Assembly: GCA_951406725.2 (NCBI GenBank)
Contig: OX597839.1
Location: 4,216,001 to 4,280,000 of the forward strand
DNA: 64,000 bases
Origin: Octopus vulgaris
Taxonomy: Eukaryota
Direction: 5' to 3'
The position numbers were made by a program, and so were the translations under genes. This document shows, piece by piece, positions 1 to 14,758 of this stretch. The notes beneath the pieces were generated by a model. The model did not search any database. It worked only from the letters and a program-made list of their open reading frames with translations, and was not told where the DNA came from. Positions within the stretch are counted from its first letter, which is position 1. Each line of letters starts with the position of its first letter.

Positions 1-34
<34 letters not shown>

Positions 35-45
35 CATATATATAT

Positions 46-260
46 AGGGAGAGTTTACGAAAAAAACAAAAGACGAAGGCTGGTGGTGTAGAAAATAAAG
101 AGATGTATTAGTATAATGCTCAGGAATAGAAGTCTTTTATGTTTCGAGCTTACGCTCTTCTACAGAAAGGGACACAGAAAAAAAACAAGGAGAGAAAAAA
201 AGGAAAGAAAAAATGTGTGTAGTGGCTAACGATCTATCATGGCAACTGACTTCGGACTGA
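46..260 (-). mobile_element. Probable Penelope-like element terminal fragment next to (TA)n, with a degenerate hammerhead-like motif at 134-169
   Basis: Minus strand reads CUUU-CUGUAGAA-GAGC(GUAA)GCUC-GAAAC-AUA-AAAG; abuts the TA array at 1-45. Confidence 0.35.
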
Positions 261-468
261 AGGGTCGCACACGAGAGCGAAGCATTTGATGTACTCAATG
301 CGCGTCATTCAGGTTTCAGCTCTAATATTAATCGCGTTGAATTCTCACTGTCGCTTGTACACAGAGGTTAACCATATCCGAGGGTGAGATGTAACGTAAT
401 GCAAAGAGCACAAAAACAGTAATAAGAGAAAAACAAAACAAAACAAAACAAAAAAAAACATGCGCATT

Positions 469-937
469 GACTTGGTGCTCTTATATTTCAATTGCTACAC
501 ACGTTTCGGTATTCAACAGCAACACTATTGAGAGAGGCGGTAGAGTGCCAACATGAGGAGCGAGCACATCGTCAGAGAGTTACAGAGAAAATAGGAGTAT
601 GAGGCCAGCAGCAACCGAATTTAAAATCACCGGAGGGGGGGGGGGGGCACTGGCCAGATGGGGAAAGGAGTGATACAGGAGGTAAGGTGGTTATATTAGT
701 CAGTTTCCTCAACCTACCTCCTCTATCTTTCCCTCCTCCTCTGGCCTGTATCTCTCGTGTGTTTAAATTTTGTTGCTGCTGGTCTCATCCTTGTGTGTCC
801 TCTGTAACTGTCTGATGATGTGTTTGCTTACCGTGCTGGCCCTATGAGCCGCATCTACTGGTTACATTTATTGTGTGATGTCGTGTTGCCGAATACTGAA
901 ACATATGTAACAATTGAAATATATGAGTATCAAGTCG
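469..937. mobile_element. Imperfect inverted pair of a Penelope-like terminal repeat; each arm carries a hammerhead-like motif
   Basis: gacttggtgctcttatatttcaattgctacacacgtttcggtattc (469-514) matches the reverse complement of 891-937; similarity continues inward (ccagcagcaac..aatttaaa; tggccaga) to a centre near 695. Confidence 0.6.
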
Positions 938-948
938 AAGTATATGGT

Positions 949-951
949 CTT

Positions 952-1041
<90 letters not shown>

Positions 1042-1870
1042 CATCCATCCATCTCTCCCTCCCTCCATCCATCCATCCATCCATCCATCTATCTATCTCT
1101 CCATCCATCCATCCATCCATCCATCCATCCATCCATCCATCCATCCATCCATCTCTCCATCCATCCACCCATCCATCCATCTCTCCATCCATCCATCCAT
1201 CTCTCCATCCATCCATCCATCCATCCATCTCTCCATCCATCCATCTCTCCAACCATCCATCCATCCATCCATCCATCCATCCATCTCTCCAACCACCCAT
1301 CCATCCATCCATCCATCCATCCATCTCTCCTTCCACCCATCCATCCATCCATCCATCCATCCATCCATCCATCCATCCATCCATCTCTCCATCCATCCAC
1401 CCATCCATCCATCTCTCCATCCATCCATCCATCTCTCCATCCATCCATCCATCCATCCATCTCTCCATCCATCCATCTCTCCAACCATCCATCCATCCAT
1501 CCATCCATCCATCCATCTCTCCAACCATCCATCCATCCATCCATCCATCTCTCCATCCATCCATCCATCCATCCATCCATCCATCTCTCCATCTCTCCAT
1601 CCATCCATCTCTCCAACCATCCATCTCTCCAACCATCCATCCATCCATCCATCCATCTCTCCATCTCTCCATCCATCCATCTCTCCAACCATCCATCCAT
1701 CCATCCATCCATCTCTCCATCTCTCCATCCATCCATCTCTCCAACCATCCATCCATCCATCCATCCATCCATCCATCCATCCATCCATCCATCCATCTCT
1801 CCATCTCTCCATCCATCCATCCATCCATCCATCTCTCCATCTCTCCATCCATCCATCCATCCATCCATCT
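949..1870. repeat. (CTAT)n then (CCAT)n compound microsatellite
   Basis: Direct reading; source of the spurious SIYL/HPSI ORFs. Confidence 0.97.
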
Positions 1871-1932
1871 ACATACCATCTACATACCAGCTACCTGCCT
1901 GCCTGTCCGTCCGTCCGACTTGTCTCTCTATA

Positions 1933-2075
1933 CAGGGCTTTCATACAGTTTCCCCTCTGTCTAATTCACTCACAAGGTATTGGTTGGCCCGTGGCTTTAG
2001 TGAAAGACACTTTCCCCCAAGGTACCACACAGTGAGACTGAACCCGAAACAATGTGGTTGCAAAGCTGCAACCAC
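1933..2075 (-). mobile_element. Degenerate tRNA-derived SINE (family B head)
   Basis: Reverse complement resembles gtggctgtgtggt...gggttcagtcccactg...gggcaagtgtcttc of the intact copies. Confidence 0.7.
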
Positions 2076-2561
2076 ACACACAGCCATACATACACAAAAT
2101 GAATTCTTTTTTTGTTTTTCAAATTCAAAATATTGGAACAGAAAGTAAATATTTAAATCGTCCCTTTTTTTTTAATGATTTTGCTATCGTTTTCCCTCCT
2201 TTATTTCTAACTAGACTAGCGTCGCAGTATTTTCTCTAAAGCACTTATAAAATACAAATAAAACAATTACATCGAGAAAAAGCCACGATAAACCATTAAC
2301 AAACACAAAAAACCGTTTTCTAGGTTTCATGTTTTTTTCTCAATAAGTCATTGATATTTTTTTTTAAAGCGATATCATCGAGAAAACGGATCCACGAAGG
2401 TCTAGCAATGTTGCTGATGATGGAAATAGGATCTTTGCTCCTTCGAACAAACTGCAAGGGACTTATAGAAATATATGAGAAAGAAATTGGAAATGTACTT
2501 TTGCAAAGAGATAAAAACTGAAACACGGTCGTACAGTTGTGTATTTTAACTCATTTTTTCC

Positions 2562-2757
2562 GTATATATATATGTATATATATGTATATAGATGCATGCA
2601 TACAGACATATTTTCATACAGACATAAATGCATACATACATGCATACACATATACATCCATCAATAGCTATACATACATACACACATGCATATGTACGTA
2701 CAAACATATATATATATGTATATATATACACAATATATATATATATATATACACAAT

Positions 2758-2806
<49 letters not shown>

Positions 2807-3270
2807 CGTACGTACATCCATGTATGTACATTCAAACATACATATATATATATATATACACGCACAATATGAATACATATATACGTATATGCATATATAC
2901 ATTCATAAATACATATATAAGTACATACATCCATATGTACATATTAACATACATGCATACATACATACATACATGCATGCATACATAGATACATACATAT
3001 ATACATGTATGTATGTACACATACATACATACATATATGCATACATACATGCATACATACATACATACATACATACATACAAACATACATACATACATAC
3101 ATACATACATACTGCATTCATGCATACATACATGTATACATACGTACATACATACATATATGGATTCGTACATACATACATACATACATTCGTAAACACC
3201 TATATACATACATATAAATAAATATATATATATAGATATATATATAATATACATACGTACACACACACAC
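2562..3270. repeat. TA/CATA compound microsatellite
   Basis: Direct reading. Confidence 0.9.
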
Positions 3271-3836
3271 GATCATGATAAAAGATATACGTCGAAAATT
3301 ACAACACAAAACAAAACGAAATCACAGATCCAAGTGTATGTACGTACATATATACATATATATATATATATATATATGCGTGTATATATTTATGTATGTA
3401 TTTATATATGTGTTGTGTGTGTATTTGTGTGTATATATACATACATAGGTGTATGCACATATGCATTCACACGCCAAACCGAACTCATAAATATTGAAAA
3501 AAGTAAATAAAACCGAACAGAAAGGAGAATTGAGAGTTACATACCATTTCCTAAATGATTTAGAAAAAGTATTATAATAATGTGTAGTATTGTGGTTGTT
3601 GTTGTTGTTGCTGCTGCTTTTGCTGTAGTTATAGTCTCTAATAGCGTCTGTGGCTTCTCGTGCGCAGCATATCAGCTTTAAAAAGAAGAAAAAACTGACG
3701 GCTTTCATGGACAAAAAAAATATATATATTGAATAACGAACAAGAATAAGGAATAAGTATAGGGAATAAGTATAGGGAATGAGAATGGATTTGAAGAGAA
3801 GGTGGACGAAGAGAGAGAAGACGGGAGAGGTGAGAG

Positions 3837-3868
<32 letters not shown>

Positions 3869-4067
3869 TGTGTGTGTGTAAGAGAACGAGAGAGAATGAG
3901 GAAAAATGATAGAAAATAAATAGTTATACGAACAACAATGTCAAAAAACTGGACAACGTAGAAATTACAACTGTAACTCTTCCCTTGCGGTCCCTTTTTT
4001 TTTTTCTTTTTTTGGAAGGTTTACAGCCAAGAAATAAACTTTCCGGAACAATGGATTACTTACAAAA

Positions 4068-4123
4068 TATAGATAGAGAGATAGAGAGATAGATAGATAG
4101 AGAGATAGAGTGAGAGAGAGAGG

Positions 4124-4154
<31 letters not shown>

Positions 4155-4221
4155 CGAAAGAGAGAGTGAGTGATAGAGAGAGATAGAAGGAGAATAGAGA
4201 CAGACAGAGTGATTGACTGAG

Positions 4222-4260
<39 letters not shown>

Positions 4261-4305
4261 GAGATAGATAGATAGATAGATAGACAGACAGATAGACAGA
4301 CAGAC

Positions 4306-4348
<43 letters not shown>

Positions 4349-4349
4349 G

Positions 4350-4440
<91 letters not shown>

Positions 4441-4575
4441 TAGATACAGATGTAAAGGGAATAGAAACAGACAGACAGATTGATTGAGAGATAGATAGAT
4501 AGATAGATAGATAAATAGGTAAAGAGAAAGATAGATTGAGAGATAGACGGCAAAATAAATAAATAAATAAATAGG

Positions 4576-4635
<60 letters not shown>

Positions 4636-4652
4636 GAGATAGATAGATAGAC

Positions 4653-4719
<67 letters not shown>

Positions 4720-4947
4720 GAGACAGATAGATAGAGAGACAGATAGATAGATAAATAGGTAAAGAGAAAGATAGATTGAGAGATAGATGGTAAAATAAAT
4801 AAGTAGGTAGATAGGTAGATAGACAACTAAGATAGAGATGGAGATAGACAGATTGGTTGAGAAATAGATAGAGATAGATAGATTGAATTGATTGAGAGAT
4901 AAATATATCTATAGAGAGATGATAGACAGACAGACAGATAGATAAAC

Positions 4948-4990
<43 letters not shown>
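4068..4990. repeat. (GATA)n/(GA)n compound microsatellite with an internal ~55-bp duplication
   Basis: aaataggtaaagagaaagatagattgagagataga occurs at ~4513 and ~4753. Confidence 0.92.
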
Positions 4991-4991
<1 letters not shown>

Positions 4992-5484
4992 CACAAATAA
5001 ATAAAAAAGAAGAGAGAAAAGTTATGTATCAAAAAGAGAGGGGATGGGTGACAGTAAAAGTAAGAGAAGCAGAAGGAGGAGGAAGGAGTAAAGTGTGAGT
5101 GATGGGAAGAGTAAGATAATAGGCTAAAAGAGAAGGGGAAAGAGAAGTGCAGGAGGAGGAGGAGGAGGAGGGAGAAGGTATGTGAAGGGAGTGGGGGGCG
5201 CTCAGTTGTAGAGAAGAAAAGGAAGGTGAAAAAGTAGAAAAGAGAGAGAAAAGGATGAAGAAGAAGAAGGTGATAATAATAATGAGGAGGGTGAAGACGA
5301 AGGAAAGAGAAGATGATAAGGATAATGATGATGACAATGATGATGATGGTGGTGGTGGTGGTGGTGGTAGTGATGATGAAGAGTAAGAAAAAGAAAAAAA
5401 CGAAGAAGAAGATATTGATTGTAACATCGATCGGATGATATAAGCTTAAGTTAGAGGAATTATATAATGATTTGTGTTATATCT

Positions 5485-5925
<441 letters not shown>

Positions 5926-5944
5926 TTGTATGTGTTGTATAGGA

Positions 5945-6037
5945 CATCCTGATGAGGGGAGTGCCAATTTTAAGTACTATTTTAAGTACTGATATGTCTA
6001 ATATTAACTGGCACATCCCTGAAACGGCTCGTAGATG
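5945..6037 (+). ncRNA. Type I hammerhead ribozyme motif (Penelope-like terminal repeat)
   Basis: Stem I CAUC(5945-48)/GAUG(6034-37); core CUGAUGA 5949-55; stem II GGGGA-GUGCCA / UGGCAC-A-UCCCU; GAAA 6021-24; short stem III; GUA cleavage triplet 6031-33. Confidence 0.7.
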
Positions 6038-6182
6038 AACTTCTGTATATCTTGTATTTTTGTAAGCTTGTATATGTATTATATTCTATGTACTATTCGC
6101 CGGAATTTTATTCGTCTTTTGATATGCCATATTTTTATTTTATTATCATTATATTTATTTCTCTTATTTTAATAGTTTTAAG

Positions 6183-7029
6183 GGCCCTTTTCCTTTTGAA
6201 TGGCACTTTGTAACATAATTTCTAGGTAACTAAAAAGTTTTAAACTTCGTATACTGGTAGAATGTGTTTATAAAACATCATTTTTCTCTTGGCTTTATTG
6301 AGAAAATTCTATATGTTGTAAGATATTTCGTCTTTAATTTCGAGCATTTCGGCAATTTTAACCAATCGCTGACGTCCATTTAGGCAAATAACATTCTGTG
6401 CATAATGAATATGTCCCTCCTTTAAGAAACAGATTGGGTTTATTTACATTTGTGAAGAAAAAAAGATACCCTTCCCCAACCCCTAACCCTAACCCTAACC
6501 CTAACTAACCCTAACTCTAACCCTAAATCTAAAATAGATTGAAATGCAATAGATCGATACTAGGGTTATAATTATGGGTGACATTTTCATTTGACACCGC
6601 TACAAAAAAATCCCATTTTCCGTAGCGGTGTCGTATGAAATTGTCACCCATAATTATAACCCTAGTATCAATCTATTGCATTTCAATCTATTTTAGATTT
6701 AGGGTTAGAGTTAGGGTTAGTTAGGGTTAGGGGTTGGGGAAGGGTATCTTTTTTTCTTCACAAATGTAAATAAACCCAATCTGTTTCTTAAAGGAGGGAC
6801 ACATTCATTATGCAGAGAATGTTATTTACCTAAATGGACGTCAGCGATTGGTTAAAATTGCCGAAATGCTCGAAATTAAAGACGAAATATCTTACAACCT
6901 ATAGAATTTTCTCAATAAAGCCAAGAGAAAATGATGTTTTATAAACACATTCTACCAGTATACGAAGTTTAAAAGTGTTTAGTCAACTAGAAATTGTGTT
7001 GAAAAGTGCCGTTCAAAAGGAAAAGATCC
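6183..7029. mobile_element. Palindromic (fold-back) dimer of a telomere-repeat-containing MITE, with 8-bp TSD
   Basis: Arms 6183-6603 and 6622-7029 are reverse complements; TSD GTTTTAAG at 6175-6182 and 7030-7037; CCCTAA tract ~6480-6526 and TTAGGG tract ~6698-6732. Confidence 0.88.
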
Positions 7030-7256
7030 GTTTTAAGCGTGTTATATGCAAAATTTATATTTATATTTATATTTTTATTTGTATACTTATATATTATTGA
7101 ATTTTAAAATTTTTTGAATAAAAAAAATTTTTTTTTAAATGTCGGACTGTTTAGATATAAATTAATATATAAGATTTGTATGTGTTTGGTCTATCTTTGA
7201 ATTTTGTGATGTTCCTGTGGTTGTTGCTCGCATTGGCCTCCCCTTTGATAAAAAAG

Positions 7257-7274
7257 TATATATGTATATATTTA

Positions 7275-7335
<61 letters not shown>

Positions 7336-7538
7336 GCATTCACATACACACATAACATACGCGTATATGCATACATACTTACACATATATAATATATACA
7401 CATATGCACACACGGCATACGTAACGAGCTAAGAGGGATCCTCTACGCGCTTTCTGTACGTATGCTTATGTTGTGTGTGTGTGTGTGTTTATATTTGTGT
7501 GTAGGTATGTGTAAGTGTATACGTGCATATATACAAAT

Positions 7539-7589
<51 letters not shown>

Positions 7590-7814
7590 TGTGTGTGTGT
7601 GCGTGCATGCGGGTGCATATGCTCTTACGTACGCAGATGCAAGTGTGTATCTGTATGTTTGCATATGTATACATGTTTCGGCATGCAGGTATACGTGTAT
7701 ACATGCGCATACACATACACACATATTATATACATACAAACATACATACATACATACATACATACATACATACATGTATATATATATATATATATACATA
7801 TATATGTGTATATT

Positions 7815-7847
<33 letters not shown>

Positions 7848-7867
7848 GTATATCTATACATATATGT

Positions 7868-7916
<49 letters not shown>

Positions 7917-7982
7917 CATCTGTCCGTCTGCCTGCTTGTCTGTCCGTCTGCCTGCCTGTCCGTCTGCCTGTCTGCCTGCCTG

Positions 7983-8045
<63 letters not shown>

Positions 8046-8058
8046 GTCTCTCTATCTG

Positions 8059-8147
<89 letters not shown>

Positions 8148-8270
8148 ATATCTGTTTGTCTAAAAAGGTGTGTGTGTATGTATGTATGTATGTATATGTA
8201 TATGTATGTGTATGCACGCAATCATGCAGTCGCGCGCGCGCGTGTGTGTGTGTGTATGCAGGTATCGTAT
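7257..8270. repeat. Compound TA/GT/CATA/CTAT microsatellite
   Basis: Direct reading. Confidence 0.9.
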
Positions 8271-8337
8271 ACATATATGGCGTGTTACGAAATGAAATAA
8301 AATAAAATTAAAATTCAGCAAAATAAAATAAATTTAA

Positions 8338-8363
8338 TGACGTCACTTTCCTAAATGACGTCA
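8338..8363. promoter_or_regulatory. Tandem full CRE palindromes (TGACGTCA x2)
   Basis: TGACGTCA at 8338-8345 and 8356-8363 in unique sequence; function untested. Confidence 0.4.
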
Positions 8364-8809
8364 TTTTGATCTTCTAAAGAATTTCAAGAATGTGATTTAA
8401 AGTCAATAGAATAAAACCAAAGAAACTGAGAAAATAAAATAAAATCAAACAACAACAGCGTACAAAACAAACATAAAACAAAAAAAACAAAAAAAAATGA
8501 AAAAAACGATAAAGAAGGAAAGAAAGAAAGAAGGAAAATGAAGAAAACAACAATAATTATAACAAGTAATTATAAAAAAAAAAAAACAGAAACGAAAATG
8601 GTTTTTATTAAATGGTAAAAAGTGATTTTTACAAAATCGAATAAAATAATAGTTTTGCTGTTGTTGTTGCTGTTGTTGTTGTTGTTCTTGTTGTTGCTGC
8701 TGTTTTTGTTTCGCTTTTATTTCTTTGTTCACGTTTGGGCAAAATGGCGACGATGAGGAAGGATGATGACGAAACGACGTCGAGGACGACGACGATGACG
8801 ATGATAGTG

Positions 8810-8905
8810 GTGGTGGTGGCAAAGGTTATTGGTAGTGATGATGATGATGATGATGATGATGATGGTGGTGGTGATGGTGGTGGTGGTGGTAAAAGTTATT
8901 GGTAG

Positions 8906-8944
<39 letters not shown>

Positions 8945-9250
8945 TAAAGGTTATTGGTAGTGATGATGATGATGATGATGATGGTGGTGGTAGTGGTAAA
9001 AGTTATTGGTAGTGATGATGATGATGATGGTGGTGGTAGTGGTAAAAGTTATTGGTAGTGATGATGATGATGATGATGATGGTGGTGGTAGTGGTAAAGG
9101 TTATTGGTCGTGACGACGATGATGATGATGATGATGATGATGATGGTGGTGGTGAAGGTTATTGGTGATGATGATGATGGTGATGATGATGATGGTGATG
9201 ATGATAGATGTGGCGGCATTGGAGGTGATGATGATGATGATGATGATGAT
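8810..9250. repeat. Minisatellite of about 7 units: aaa(a/g)gttattggt anchor plus (GAT)n(GGT)n
   Basis: Anchor recurs from ~8821 to ~9166. Confidence 0.85.
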
Positions 9251-9251
9251 C

Positions 9252-9425
9252 CTTTTTTACTGATTATAGGTACAATACCTGAAATTTAAGAGAAGAGGGT
9301 GGGGTTGGTAAAAGAGGTCTAGTCGATTACATCAACCCCACGGCTCCACTAGCACTTCTGTCATCGATCCCCAAAAGATGTAAAGCATTCTGTCTGGCGT
9401 ACTAAAGACTCTGCCAGCGCGCTGC

Positions 9426-9428
<3 letters not shown>
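9252..9428 (-). mobile_element. Degenerate family A SINE
   Basis: gtcgattacatcaacccca...cgatccccaaaagatg...ctgccagc matches the reverse complement of family A. Confidence 0.6.
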
Positions 9429-9478
<50 letters not shown>

Positions 9479-9514
9479 TGATGATGATGATGAATAATAA
9501 TAATAATAATAATA

Positions 9515-10074
9515 ATAAATGCCCTGATGCAGTACCAGGCAGTGGCTCTCGTGGCTTCTGATCTTAACTGATTGGAAGTGTTATCATGTACATTGTTTTG
9601 TCTTGGTATAAAAGGTGGGCTACAGCAAATATTCTGCTCGAAACCACAGATTTGCTTGTCAGTTGTTTGACCTTAACCAGTTGAGCATGTCCCTTAGTGG
9701 CTGACGATATGTGCATTTCTGATCACGAGCAGAAGTAGTGGGGAGCATCATAGCCATGTGTTGAGAGGGATTCTTTGGGGTTTGAATAATTCACCTCTGG
9801 AAACATGGGTGTTTCATTCAACATCCTTAAACAACCCTTAATCAGGGACCTTTTGAGCGGGATGGGTTACTCGACCAGAAGAAAATTCTAACTGGGCCCC
9901 CACCTGCAATGTCATGTGCTGTTTATCTTGATATGAGATCTCCATGTCGCGTACATATGGTTGTGATGCATGTGCCTGGTGTACCCTTATCAGACGGGTA
10001 GTCATGATGGGTATACTGGGCTTCGTATATTTTACCCCAGTGTCACTTTGATGGCGTGCACTGTTCTCTCACTC
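9515..10074 (-). mobile_element. Non-coding interspersed element embedded in (TAA)n, probably a non-autonomous retroelement
   Basis: Flanked on both sides by TAA arrays; terminal 24 bp repeated at 10364-10387; strand is tentative. Confidence 0.5.
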
Positions 10075-10075
10075 A

Positions 10076-10136
<61 letters not shown>

Positions 10137-10147
10137 TAATAATAATG

Positions 10148-10187
<40 letters not shown>

Positions 10188-10194
10188 TAATAAA

Positions 10195-10280
<86 letters not shown>

Positions 10281-10318
10281 TAATAATAATAATAATGATG
10301 ATGATGATGATGATGATG

Positions 10319-10349
<31 letters not shown>

Positions 10350-10363
10350 TAATAATAATAATG
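10075..10363. repeat. (TAA)n/(TGA)n microsatellite
   Basis: Direct reading. Confidence 0.97.
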
Positions 10364-10454
10364 ATAAATGCCCTGATGCAGTACCAGTTTCGGAAGTTTC
10401 AAAGTGTTTAGTTAAAAAAAAATTAATTAAATAATCTGTACGTCAAATTGAATA

Positions 10455-10758
10455 GATCCGAAATGGATAAAAAGCAAAGTCGACCTCGGCAGAATTTGAA
10501 CTCAAAATGTAAACACAGGAAAAATACCTATTTCTTTACTACCCACAAGGGGCTAAACACAGAGGGGACGAACAAGGACAGACAAACGGATTATATCGAT
10601 TATATCAACCCCAGTGCGTAACTGGTACTTATTTATTCGACCCGAAAGGATGAAAGGCAAAGTCAACCTCGGGGGAATTTGAACTCAGAACGTAGCGACA
10701 GATGAAATACCGCTAAGCATTTCGCCCGGCGTGCTAACGCTTCTGCCAGCTCACCGCC
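10455..10758 (-). mobile_element. Family A tRNA-derived SINE with partial internal duplication
   Basis: Reverse complement begins ggcggtgagctggcagaagcgttagcacgccgggcg; B-box gagttcaaattcc occurs twice. Confidence 0.9.
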
Positions 10759-10926
10759 TTAAAACGTGGATATTTATTTTAGCAATATATTCTTTATTCC
10801 TATTGCTAAGCGTTACTTCCTTACTCACTTACTGACACGAAATTTCGTCATTTCACCCCTTATTTTTTTTTACACTAATTTTTGCTAAATTTTTCTTTTA
10901 TTTAAGCCTAAGAAAAGTATACTTTT

Positions 10927-11046
10927 ATTTTAAAATTAAAAAGTTTAGGTTAATTGAAGGTGAATACCCGAAGTTGTAGGTATTTTAAAATTAAAAAGTT
11001 TAGGTTAATTGAAGGTGAATAGGTGTCCCGAAGTTGCAGGTATTTT
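10927..11046. repeat. Direct tandem duplication of about 54 bp
   Basis: tattttaaaattaaaaagtttaggttaattgaaggtgaata..cccgaagttg occurs twice. Confidence 0.85.
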
Positions 11047-11232
11047 GATGTAACTTTTTTCTACTGAACCAAATCTCAAACTATCTATGTCAAAGTGTGG
11101 CTGAGGAGGTGTCCTCTTTAAAGCTGTTTACAGTTTGCAATTTAGTTGATAACTGAATTAGTGGTGAAGCTTCGAAACTGCTGCGATTGACGAAATCGTG
11201 GACTTAATATATTCAGCCACTACCATGGTTGA

Positions 11233-11314
<82 letters not shown>

Positions 11315-11420
11315 ACACATAATTATATTCATATTTAAAAGTTTATCCATAAATGAAAGTATATTTAGACACGTACAATATGTCTATATTTGTGTGTGTG
11401 TGTGCATGCGTGCGTGTATG

Positions 11421-11462
<42 letters not shown>

Positions 11463-11826
11463 CAAGTATACATACACTTGTTTATACATACATGCTTAGG
11501 TAAGCTGCTTATACACACATGAATATGCATATAGATAGATAGATGCACACACACACATATATACATACATAGACAAAACGTTCATAAAGGCATGCGTACA
11601 TATACACGTATACATACACACACAAACGTGCATACACACTCACACACACGCGCAGATACACACACACACACACATCTATACATATGCTCGTATTCATACA
11701 TACCTACATAAACACATACGCACATACATATGCACACATGCATAAACGTGTACACACTCACATACATGCATGTGCATACATTCAGACATGCATTCAAATA
11801 TACACACACTCAGGTAAACATGCATA

Positions 11827-11893
<67 letters not shown>

Positions 11894-12054
11894 GCAGTTT
11901 ATTATTTCCTGTAATACCTGAAATGAAGATTACTCAATTCTTTTTTATTTTTATTTTTGAAGTCAACTTTTAAGAAATACATTCTTAAAACCTCTTCTTT
12001 TATTTAAATATTTTGAAAAAACCGCATTAATATCTATATACTCTTATATACAAG

Positions 12055-13225
<1,171 letters not shown>

Positions 13226-13354
13226 CCGTATACGTATATATATATGCGAGTGTGTATCTGTATATGTAAGTATGTATCTATTTACATATATATGGATATA
13301 TAACATTGCTCTCTCCTTCTCTGTCTATCTACACCCCCATACACACACACACAC

Positions 13355-13614
13355 ATATATATACTCCAGCATTGATATATGTATACTCACATACTTACAT
13401 GTAAAACACACACACACACACACATATATACTCCTGCATTGATATACGTATACTTACATACACACACACACACACACATACACATATATATATATATATA
13501 CTCCTGCATTGATATACGTATACATACATACATGCAAAACACACACACACATACACATATATATATACTCCTGCATTGATATATGTATACTTACATACTT
13601 ACATACTTACATGC

Positions 13615-13676
<62 letters not shown>

Positions 13677-13680
13677 TACA
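13355..13680. repeat. Four-copy compound minisatellite (atactcctgcattgatata plus CA tracts)
   Basis: Anchor near 13361, 13428, 13498 and 13565. Confidence 0.8.
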
Positions 13681-14009
13681 CACAACTGGTATTATTGTTA
13701 CTATAAAGTTTTGCGACAAATAAATATTTAGAAAAATTTTTAAACAATAAAGAGCTTAAAAGTTGGAGGTGGGTTTTGGATTGGAATCAATCTTTCTTAA
13801 CGTAATCAGCACGGTCCTCCGTGGTTTCGACGATGACTGAATGCGTTTTATGCCTTAAAATACCTGTGCATTCCGCAGACTCTGATGGTTACCATTAATG
13901 TAACCTTCAGGCAGAATCAGCGTGAAGCAATGTTTGATACAGCGGAATTCGAACTCAGGACGAAATGTCCGGCCCGGCGTGATAACGGTTCTATCAGCTC
14001 GGCTCCTTA

Positions 14010-14503
<494 letters not shown>

Positions 14504-14679
14504 CCTTTCTGCTAAGGGCACAAGTCCTGAAATTTGGCGGGAGGTGGGGATAAGTCGATTACATCTATCCCCAGTGTTTTACTGGTGCTTAAGTTACCAA
14601 CCCCCAAAAGGATGAAAGGCAAAGTCAACTTGGGCGGAATTTGAACTCGGAATGGTAAGGGTGGATGAAATGCTGCTGC

Positions 14680-14758
<79 letters not shown>

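Noticed and set aside
2320-2526. Minus-strand acceptor-like gtcccttgcag followed by FVRRSKDPIS...
   Set aside because: No donor or recognisable homology; cannot be supported as an exon
8810-9250. Regular anchors with variable spacers, superficially CRISPR-like
   Set aside because: Spacers are GAT/GGT microsatellite; eukaryotic context, no cas genes
11097-11220. gtgg-CTGAGGA...GAAAC...tcagccac possible hammerhead
   Set aside because: Stems II and III cannot be paired convincingly
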